A stretch of 64,000 nucleotides of DNA from Strigamia acuminata (taxonomy: Eukaryota), in NCBI GenBank assembly GCA_949358305.1, contig OX442314.1, positions 20,522,001 through 20,586,000 of the forward strand, in the 5' to 3' direction. The position numbers were made by a program, and so were the translations under genes. How positions within the stretch are numbered: the first letter of the stretch is position 1; each line of letters opens with the position of its first letter. Under the pieces are notes generated by a model that saw nothing but the letters and a program-made list of their open reading frames with translations, made no database searches and had not been told where the DNA came from. Positions 35,701 through 47,700 of the stretch are shown piece after piece.

Positions 35701-38700
35701 ACCTCGTTATAACGAACCGCGATGTAAGAAAGTTTTTGTTATAACGAATGCGTAAAAATAGCTTGGTTGGTTTGTTGGCCATAAAACACCATAGGTGCGT
35801 TCAATATAAAATGGATTTCCGAAATCGTGAATTTCTTGATTTTCTGAAATCAAGGAAATCAGATTTCAACTTTGAACGGCCTTATTTTTTTGGAAATCCA
35901 ACTGTTGCGCATGCGCAATTTGACTTCTGTTTGAAATTTAAAAACTTTCGGCCGCGTTCGATAACTCAAACGCGGCCGGAAAATTACGCTTTCGCCCCAC
36001 AGTGGTGCGGCGGAACATTTAAAAACTTTCGGCTGCGTTTGATAGCTCAAACGCGGCCGAAATATCACGATTTTCCCAATTGCAATTTTCCCAATTGCAA
36101 TTATTAAATTGCAAACAAAAATAACTGCTCTGATCGTTCTGTGTACAATTCAAGATGGCTGAAAATCAACTTGCAAATCAAGGAAATCAAGGAAAGTGAC
36201 CCTACACGACGGAAAAACCGTAACTTCCGGGCTCCCGAAAGCAGCTAAATCAGCTAAATCCATTTTATATTGAACGCGCTTCATGTTAAAAAAATGGTAT
36301 AACGAACTTTTGTTATAACAAACCGATTTCTTGGGTCTCCTGCGATTCGTTATAACGAGACTCAAATGTAGTTTTGTCAAACTACTAAAATGTGAAAGCA
36401 GCAGGAAGAAAAACTAAGAGAAAAGGTTTTGAACGTGCCATAGTAAAGGTGTCATCACACGGGGTTGAAGTAGTTACACGTATCCAACAAATTGAGCTTT
36501 TATTAGAAAGTGAATGGTGGTTGCCACACTGATAATTACAAGTCATGACCCTTGCACTCTATTTTCTTTTTATTGTACCGTGGATCTATCTTCTGACTTG
36601 TGGGTATTATCAACTTTCAATTTAGTAAACGTTATCTGATTTTTTTTGCATGAAACAAACAAATTTATTTTGCTGAAAAAACAGGAATGATCGGATTGGG
36701 TAGAGTTTTTTCTTTGCATGAAACGTGCTAACTTATTTTGGTATGAAACAAGAATGAAAATTATGAAATGATTGGTTTTTATTAAATGACCGATAGGTAC
36801 TGTAGATGGTTTTCATTGCAACAATAGGTGGAACATGGTGAAAAAAGTATTTTAAAAGTATTTTAAATATACAATTTTGTAATTTTGTATTAATCACAAA
36901 ATCAGTCATTTCAATAAGTCAGGGGTCGGCAAGTAATTGTAATTGTAATTGTAATTGTAATTATTTTTTACTCATTTAAGTAATTATATAAAACACAAAA
37001 ACTAAAAAAAACTTCCTAAAAACTTCCTAAAAACCTAAGAAAACGGAATAAAAACACTTAAAACCTTACTAAAACCTAAGAAAACAGGAAAAACACTTAA
37101 TAACCAAATAAACCCCCCCAATAAACACATACAACCCAAAAAATAACTGTAAAACCTAAAATACACGAAAAAAAAACGGGAAAAACAAGAAAAAAAACAG
37201 GAAAAACAAGAAAAAAAAACAGGAAAAACAAGAAAAAACACCAAAAAACCAAAGAAACCAAGGGCAAAACGTCGCTAAGATGACACGTCGCTAAGACGAC
37301 ACGTCGCTAAAATGTCACCGCGGTCCAAGTTTCAACCTTCCGCGGTCCGGATAAACCAAGTCAAAACAGAAAAAATCTGATTGAAATTAATAAGACAAAA
37401 CAAAAAAACATGTAAAAGAGATAAACAATACTTAATTGTTTCAGTGGTCACAAGAGTTATTTTTTGGATTATTTAGCTATTATAAATGTAGAAATAATTC
37501 AGTAAATCGGGAGTTATTTGCGTCAGATTGAACTTGGCCACCTCCATAATGTTTTGACAAACCTCAAAATCAATAGCCAAAATTGCAAAAACAAACTTTT
37601 GCTTGATATTTTTTTTTGTTTACCTCTGTAGTGTTTTCGCAATTATGAACGTGATTGGTGAAAATGTTATAAATCCAAAGTGCAAAATTGTTAAAATTGC
37701 AAAATTGCAAAATTGCCTATATTAATAAAACCCACCATCTGGTGCTGAATGAAAGCTGAGGTTGGTGGATTCAAGGTTTTAGTTTGTTTTTGCTGGCAGT
37801 GTATAGGACCAAGTATGCTTGTATTCTGAAATATTTTGAAAGCAGACTGAAGCATAAACGACGAGTTTGATTTGCTTTGCAAGCATTTTAGTTTGAAATT
37901 TGAAACCTTAGTAAACATTTGTTTTTCCTTTAGTTTTTAATGGCAATATAATACAGTAGTTTTATAACATAAATAATATAAAAAAGTCTATGGTTCGTGT
38001 AATTCATTGTGAAAATAATGTATAAATTTTAATAATTCCGGTCATTAGGGAGTCATGGAGACTGGAAGAAAATTGACAAGCCCAAACAAGATTTATTATC
38101 CATCAGATTTCGAACCATTAATTCAAAGTTGAATAAATCGTTTTCACTATTATTTCATCCTCTAAAACACAAATTTTCTTACAGTCATTAACTTTTTATG
38201 TCTTAATTTGTTCAAAATTGCGATTTTCAGAATATATTAGGTGCATTCAATAAGTCTAAAACGTATGCAAAACTCGTTTCGTGTTTGCACGTGACGTCAG
38301 GTGCAAACACGAAACGAGTTTTGCATACGTTTTAGACTTATTGAATGCACCTAGTGTTTTTTAGTGGTAAACTATACAAACACCGAATATATTTCGTGAT
38401 ATTTTATTACTCGAAGTTCTCTATACAGTATTTTTATTCTAAAATTAAAAAGCTCTTCTTGTTTTAGAAGTGCTTCTTTACAGGGAATCACAAATTCAGT
38501 GCGCCACTGGATATATGATTTTATTTATACAGTACTCTCAAGTTAGTTTTTATTGGACCATCTGTGTCAAAATATTCTCTTTGTTATTCACTTATCTTTC
38601 TCGATTGGTTTGTTCGAAAAGTGATTTAGTAGCTACTAAATACATTTATTAAAGGGATAGTCCGGCTAATTTCTGAAATTTTATAAGGAAATTTATATAT

Positions 38701-41700
38701 TTTACAATAACTAAAATTAATTTAAAAATTTTATTTGTAAGAGTATTCCACTATGAGTCTTAAAACTGTTTTTTTAGAAGCTGACCTGCCAGCCAAGTGG
38801 TTGAACTCAGCATTTTGAATTCGTCAAAGCGCTAGCAGGCGCACAATGAGAATGAAGGGCATTTTGTTGTTCTTTTTTAAACTTCGTCCCCCACAGAAGT
38901 ATTTTTAATTCAAATTTTTTTTTTTTCATAAAACTGAAGTCTAATCTCTGTTGACTAATCTGTATTTCAGAACAGATTACTCCTTTAAACATTTAGTTGG
39001 TAATTTAGATTTAACATGCTTATGGCTCACCTTGTAGATAATATTAAAATTTTAATTATAGATTACAGTTTAATCGTCTCGAACCGGGAAGCAGCAAAAG
39101 CGCGACAAGTAGAACGACAAAAAAACCTACAGTTTGGCGCCCAGTATCTCGATGCTAAATTCAAACAGCGCATTCTGTTCTGCGCACAGAGAAAGAGTTT
39201 TGAATTTTCTTTAGGGGTAATTTGATGGAGATTTGAATTTGTGACGAAAAATTTACTTTCAACATGACATTTCATTGAAGACGACTCGCGGGTTTCCATT
39301 AGACCGCAGGCTTCTAATAAAGCGCAGCCAAGAATTTTATTTTGCCGATATTTTCGAGCATGCACAAAAAGCGATTTTTCTCGATTTTCCCTGATGCAAA
39401 ACATGTCACATTTATGATAATCGGTCACCCGGTCGAGGAAGAGGTAGGGGTAGGGGAAGGGCTCGAGGCAGAGGTTCTGCCAATTGCTAACAGTTACAAA
39501 AATACTAGCTTAAAGTAATAAAAAATAAATAAATACAATTTATGTTGCCCTTACGATGTGTCGCCCATGCGCCCACTAGCGTACCTGCTTGGGTGCGCAC
39601 ACGCTGTGTTGCGCTTTGTCGCGTGAGCATTGTGAAGCGCTTCGGCTTGTCGCGCGAGGGCTGGGACGCGACTGTGGTTGATGCGCAGGCTATAGCGCCC
39701 CGTTCTTTTGTGTAACACGCTACAATAACAGAACAGATCTACTCCAACCGAAAACCATTAATGCAGCGAATTTTCGGATTTAAAAAGAAATTTTATAACC
39801 ATTTTCAAGACAGTACTAGAAATAATAAAGTAATAAAAAAAATAATGAAGATAGTAACTGACTTGCCTTATTGCCGGGTGGAGTGTGTTTATGTGTGTTT
39901 GAATGAGCTTGAGGTCTGTGCTTTGGGGTGTTTGCCATTTGATTTCCAGGTTTGGATTCCCTTTGGATCCAGACTGCTTGCTTTTGCCTTTTTCCAACCT
40001 TATTTAAGATTGATGAATGACGGTCCAACCAAGGTGGAATGGTTGACTAAACCTTTTTGATTAATAACATTAAAAGCAGCAATTACATTCTCTGAAAGCA
40101 GCCAGTGTGGTTGGAGTAATTTGATTTACGTGTAGCTAGGGCAAAAAGGAGAAGAAAAAACAATATCGAATTTTATTCGAATAATTCTTTCAGAACGTGG
40201 GAAAAATAAGTTTTGACAATTTAACTGGTATTAGCATATGGAGATTTCAAGATCTAATAATCTCTATTTTTCTTGTCAAAAATAATTCGAAAGACACTAT
40301 TTTTTGTAAATGTTGTCTAGTACTGTCAATTTACATTTTAAAAAACTTCTTGAATAATTTTTTTAAAATAATTGTTTCTTCAGAATGAGTTAGCATGAAC
40401 AAGCTAAAATTAAAAGTGAGCTTCACTGCAGTGGAACACTCAACCGATGTCAAACATGCCACACAGCGAAGCTCAGTTTTTGTTTAAGTTTTAAACTTGA
40501 TCGGGCTGATAAGATGGTAAAGAAATTTTTTTTGTAGGATCTATAAAAGACTTTATAATAAGTCTGTAATTTAAATGAGTTTTCTACAATTTAAGGGCAT
40601 TTTGCGTGCGTGCAACAAGTCGAGCTTGTAGAGTTAAATTTGTCACCACCTGCAGCCCAAGTGCTTATTGATAAATGCACCAAGTGTTGACGTTATTAAT
40701 CGCATGGTAAGCGCGCTCTTTAGCCGCGGAAACTAAACAACAGACTATTTGTCTTTTTGAATAATATCTAAATAAATTTACAAAGTTTATTTTGATGACA
40801 GAAATGGGGTGGGGAGATTTATTTTCGACATTTTTTTTATTTTTAAGTATTCGTATGTAAGAATAATTTAACAAATTACTGTCGATATTCAAGTAATGTA
40901 TTACTCTTAAAGAAATATCTGTTTCAATAATTTAGGAACTTTTTCAGTAAAAAAAAGTAGTTTAAACTTTATTGGTATTGCAACTGAATTGATAAGAGAG
41001 AAAGAAAATTGAATAGCGGTACTTTAAAAAAAAAAAAAAATTGAAATTATGACAAACAATTGCTTTGCTTGCTCGTTCAGTAGAAAATTGGGAAAAACTT
41101 TTCAAAATATTTTCCAAAAAAAATTATAAATTATAAAATGGGTAGTTGAGGCTTACCTAATATTTAAAGTGAGTGTGAAGTTGTTAACAATTGGGAGTTA
41201 TATCCATAAGACTTGTTTCTCACACTGACGTTGCTTCTGTTCGATCGGGTTGAGGAGCAACCAGATGTGACTTCACTCGATACTAGGACACACATATTAT
41301 TGGTGCGCTTGCATGTCCCTCTGTTGAGAACTTTAAGATTTACTTGATGGGAGTGAATAATTTAAATATTGTGATTCTTTTTCTTGAGTTTTTTTTAAAA
41401 ATTTGTTTTAATTTTTGTACACTTTTTAAATTTTAATCAGTTTGCCAAGTAACTTGTAGTTGATTTTCATATTTGTTTTTCGAGAAGTTAATCTTCCAGA
41501 ATTTCATTTGTAAATATAAGAAGGTACACGAAATATTTAATTTAAACTGTATTCATCAAAGAAGTAAAAAAAACGTAACACATGAGAGAATACTGTACAT
41601 ACTGAACCGTAGTACAAAAGTTCATAAAATTTTTCAAGTTTATGTGCCGTATGTAACGATCATCGATACGTGCAATGTCTGCAATTAGTGGAATATTTGG

Positions 41701-44700
41701 GCTTCGCATAAAATTTATACGCAGCCAAAAAAGGTGAAGGGCGACTGTTCTATTGAAATTACTTTGAAAACTTTGTTTGCACCTTATTATATTATTTCCA
41801 CCGAATATGTAAACACATCATTCATCACCAAATGGAACAAAGATATGGCTTCACCGCCAATAGCTCGTTTCTGTTTGGAAATCTCAAATGTTTTTCAGCT
41901 TTGCTTGATTTAATGTACATTTTTAATGGTAAGAACATATGCTAGTTGCTTCTAAATGGGTTTATGTGGATTTTCCCATTTCTTGGTGCAAATACAAGGT
42001 TGATTATTTTAAAAAGACATTTTACAGTCATTTGGTCAAAACTTTAAGTTTGATGTTTATATAGTTTAATGTTTGTTGGATTTCGTTATTCATACTAGTT
42101 TATTGATTTAATTGATAAGTTTTCAATTAAATCACGTCTAAAATTTGAGAATGTGTTAATGACAGTTGTCTATGTGAACTAAGGTGTAAAAATAAATCTT
42201 ATTTGTTCAAACGGATATTTAAAAATTTAAGTAGAACGTTTCTAATTATAGGATAAACACGCACATTGACAATAACTTTACTTTTTGTTCGATTTATTAA
42301 TAATAATATTAATTATTTACCTTAATTTTTTGGCAGTGCTATGAAGTATTGAAGATTGCGATTAATGCTCTTATCGGACAAACTACACCCGGTGGCCATC
42401 TATTTACTGCGGTAAATAGTTGTGTGCTGAATCCAAAGTCCATCACCATGGGACAGTTGTATGGAGAATTCAATTTAGCTCAAGAATGGTAATCAATTTA
42501 GAGGCATTTTCAATTTCAACGTTATTGACTAGACTTTTAACCTAGCTGTTGGCAATCAAAAGTAAATTAAAGATGTAATCAATCTTAATTACCGCTGGTA
42601 GCTAACACAAAACAGTGTGTGAGGATTCCACTTCCGTCTGAAAGTGCAGAAAATTTTATAAAGAATTGTATCACATTGAATACCTAGAAATGCATAGTAA
42701 AGTTCTAAATTAAAAATTAAATTAAAAATCAAAATACAGAGTTGAGGCACCTAACATGACATTTTTAAATAAAAGCAAAACAAAGCATTTGATTTAAAAA
42801 ATTATTCATTGAAAAGTTGTTTGGTTTCGAGGGGCAAAAAGAATTACCGGTACTATTTATTTTTCAATTTATTGATGTCTTGAAGGTCATTTCAAAGTCA
42901 ACTCCATTTTTTTTTTACAATAGTGTTTTTTTATACATTCTTAATCTAAACATAAAAATAAGCCAGATTTGTCTGAGACGTTTTTTTATTTGACCACTAA
43001 GCTTACTGTATTATCTGGGGAAGTTAGCAGAGTTTTCGGACCACAACTATGTTTTTAGGCCATATCTCTGCAATGATGCCAGATAATCCAAATTCTGACC
43101 ACACTAATCGATTTTTTACGTCATTTTCTACCGATTGAGCACTTATTTTTTTAGTAGTTATTAATTTGTGGCTCATTTTGGAATTTTTTTGGAAAAAAAA
43201 GTTTGGATAAACAACAACAGTTGGCCTACAATAGATCTGCAATATTTTGTCTTTGTATGGATGGGGCTAATGTTTTTTTCAATCACATACTGTTGATTCA
43301 GCGTCTTAATTGCATGTTTATCGGAAATACTGTAGATTTATATGTTTCTCGTGAATAGATTCGTATATTTATGGTGAATAGATTTTTATATTTATGGTGA
43401 ATAGATTTGTATATTTATCGTGAATAGATTTGTATATATTTATCGTCAATAGATTTCTATATTTATCGTGAATAGATTTACGTATTTATCGTGAATAGAT
43501 TTACGTATTTATCGTGAATAGATTTGTAAATTTATCGTGAATAGATTTGTAAATTTATCGTGAATAGATTTGTAAATTTATCGTGAATAGATTTGTAAAT
43601 TTATCGTGAATAGATTTGTTAATTTATCATGAAATAGATTTGTAAATTTATCGTGAATAGATTTATTTATTTATATTATATTTATACTATATTAATTTAT
43701 TTAATGTTTTTAGGACTGATGGCATTCTACCTAACTTGATTAGACAAGGCTCAGTCGTAGATGATTTGAATAAGAGATGGTATGTGTTAGATGGACCAGT
43801 AGATGCAATCTGGATTGAAAACATGAATTCCGTTTTGGATGATAACAAAAAACTTTGCCTGACGAGTGGAGAAATCATCAAACTGAGTGATGTAACGAAA
43901 TTGGAGAATCGAGACTAAGTGGAAAATGATGTTCTAATGTTTTTTTTTTCCCTTAAACTTTTGTTTTGTCATTAGAGTCAGACGCTGATTTTTGAAGTTG
44001 CAGATTTGGCAGTTGCATCACCCGCAACAGTTAGTAGATGTGGGATGATTTATTTAGAGCCGGGTATATTGGGAGTAAAACCATTTTATGAATGCTGGGC
44101 TGAATTCCAATTAGGAAGATCTGCCAGACCATACACCCCAAAACTAATTAGTCTCTTCAACGCATTTCTAGAGGTAACTTCAATCAACTAATGAATTGGA
44201 CTCAGAACCTGAACATTTTTGTTTTTTTTAAAAAGCCTTCGATTCACTTTATGAGATCGAAAACCAGAGAAATGGTACCGAGCATGAACAGCAATTTGAC
44301 ATTCAGTTTAATGAAAATATTAGGAGTTTTGATGAAAAATATACCATCATCCGTGCCAGAAGTATACAAATTAGATTACATAATGTATTAGGCAATTTAA
44401 TGTTTATTATTTGTTCATTATACGATATTGACAGAGCAGAAAGGGAGTCCTGAATGGCTTAGTGGAATGTTATTTTGCATTTGCTTTAATCTGGAGTGTA
44501 GGAGCGACTTGTGACCTTGACGGAAGAAAACGATTTAGTAGCTTCGTGAAGAGTAAAATGGAACTTGAACAATTTAAATACCTAATGCCAAGAGAGGATT
44601 TAGTATATGATTATAAAATTGATGATGCAGTAATCATTGCTGACATTATTACGGCGCCTTCAGATGATAAACATGAACCTGTTTTTGTAAGTTTCGGTAC

Positions 44701-47700
44701 CATCTGCTGATTTTAATTGAAAATTGAAAATTGAAAATTGAAAATTGAAAATTATTTTGTTTACGTTTTGTTAGACTGTTTGGATTGGGTGGTTGGATAA
44801 TTTGCAACCGTATACTGTGCCCATAAATGTCGAATTTTCTGAAATATTGGTACCAACTCCTGACAGTGTCCGAAATTCTTTAATAGTGGAAATGTTGATT
44901 GTGAATACAATTCCGGTAAGACTGTAAATATAAATTCAGAGAAATTTAGTTGTTTTGCAGTATTTAGCAGTGGATGTGTCCAAAATATATAATATAGATT
45001 GTTAAGTAAAGTAAGATATTCTATAGTTCATGTATTTTGTGCTTACAAAGATGTTTTCTATTGTCACATTTAGGATAGGTTAGATTAAAATGCCATATTA
45101 TTTTCTCCTGGCTCAGCAATTTGTTTCTTGGAAATTAATCGTTTTTTATAGTAGATTATTTTCCTGCTGGCCTGATGTACAAAGCAGGACTGATGATACT
45201 TGTGGTTTTCAGCATTAGTTCTGCTTCTTACATTGTACGAAAAGGAGCCTTGAAGTTATAAAAATGAGCAATGAATTTCGGGATAATGGGGATTGGGGAA
45301 GTCACATAATTGTTGTTAGTTTAGGCTTTGTTGTTATGTATTTTTACGGTCGCCGTAGCAACTGCGAAAAGGAATTAAACCTCCTTCTTCTTGTTAAATT
45401 GACCAAGTGTTTACTTCAAACACTCACAATTGTCACATGAGACCACATATGCCACGCCGTCTGCTGGTAATACTTGGGAGTATTAAGGAAAATACTTAAG
45501 AAAGTATTATGTAGAAGTGCTTTTGTAAATTGGGAAAAGCCAACTTAAACATTAACTGGGATTTTTAAGGGGCAGAAATTTCAACATCGAATAAATAAAT
45601 GAATAATGCACTAAACACCCCAAATTTTTTTACAAACAAACTTTTTTATTATTCAAACAAAATCAGAAATTTTCAGCAAAATATAGCAAACCAAAAAAAG
45701 TGTTTTCCTATTCAAGAAGACAGCTGCAACCAAATAGGTATGCTGGTGGACCATGAAGGGCTTAAAAAAATTTTAGTTTGTTTTATCTTTATCTTGATTT
45801 TTGCCTGGTAATAAATCAATAACTATTGATATTTTTCTTTATTTTAAATTAGGTTTTGGGTATAGGTCCGACGGGTACAGGCAAAACAGCAACCATTAGT
45901 GAGAAATTGACTCGAGGATTGCCTGCAAATTTTAATTGTGATTTTATAAATTTTTCGGCAAGGACTACGGCAAACCAAACGCAAGATTTGATTGATTCAA
46001 AATTGGACAAAAGGTTGAGTATATGCATTTAACCATTTACCTACCACAAAATAAATAAATAAAAGGCGTTAAGAGTTTCACACTAGACTAGAGTGCCATA
46101 ATGTAGTCATGCATGCCCAGATTTAAGTGAGAGCTCTAAAAGTCATGGTTTATGGCAACCATCCAACGTCCAGTTGGGTCGACGAGGAATCAAGTGCTTT
46201 TAACAATTTGTATCGATTGGCTGGACTTTCGGACTGATACACAGAAACACGTTTTGTTTTGGGGAAATATAGGAACTCAACACCAAGAGATCTTTCAGCA
46301 GTTGACTATTTCATAATTAATTGATCCACTTTGTGGTGGATAACCCTTTTTTTAAATTATTTTTATCATTACATTTATTAATTAAATGGTAGGCGCTGAT
46401 TTAGGGTCACGCAGATTCAGGAGCATTTTAAATCGCGCGCACATCTGAGATACATTTGGTCCCACCCGGATAACACATACGTTTATTTTTATTTTTTTCC
46501 ACGATCAAGAAAAAAATTTAAATTTCTGATTTATGGTGTAGACGAAAGGGAGTATTCGGACCGCCGCCTGGCAGATATTTTATTTTTTTTATCGATGACG
46601 TGAACATGCCTTCTGTGGAGAATTATGGAGCACAGCCACCCATTGAATTATTGAGGACGTACATGGATTTTCGTGGATGGTACGACAGAAAAACTATAGG
46701 TAAATAAATCTTATGTAATCTTCTTAAAAAGTTTGTTTGCATGTTAGCATCAACACACGACCATTCATTGCACAATATTTCCACTTTTAGATAGTGTTTT
46801 GACATACAGGGTGTTTCAGATGAAATTTTAAAGAACGAACCATTAGTTCAAAAATTTGTTGTAACTTTTAAACCACTTGAGATGTGTAAAAATGTCCAAT
46901 CACAAGTTTGCTAGGGAAAAGTTGATTTTACTATTGTAGATATTAATAATCGCACAAAATGTAATGCAGTGTAGCATCACTGTTTGAAAAGACAGCAATT
47001 AACTTAAAAAATGCTCCTCAATCAAAGAAATCATTTTCTACGCATTGATAAACATCTTTGATATTATTCCACCTTCCACATCATGTGTGCAGCATCGGCA
47101 TTCGTTAGTTCAAAGAACAAGTGAAGTTGAAATCTGTAAAAAGCAAGTGTTTCCTTCCATATGGATTTACCTAATTATTAATGCATTCCAAAAGACTAGG
47201 TTTTAGCGGAATTTAAATATATTATTTGTGCATTATATAATATTTAGACAATGCATTTGCAATTCTCCTATAATAATTCTTTTAAAATACATTTTAGAAC
47301 GCATTTTGTAAAATGTATTTTTACAATGCATTCATATTTGATAAATAATATTGTGGAATGCATTTCACAAAATACATTACAAAGTGTATTGTCATTTGCA
47401 TGCAAAAATATATTACAAAATGCATTTTCCAGTGCATTGTGAAACTTTTCAAAATACATTGCAATATAATTGCGATATATTTTTTAATCATATGCGCTAG
47501 CAAACAAACAGTATTCTCAACAGGACCAAATGTTCAGGCAGAGCGCCATTGCTGGAACCAAAAATTTTATCCTGACAGTGGACAGTTTAAAACCCAACAG
47601 CTGGGCAGGTTGACAGATTCTTTTGGCACCCTCCGTGGAACTCGGTGGAATTTTAATATTATTGTTAAAAAATTGTTTATGACTTCGGAGGTCAAGGCCA

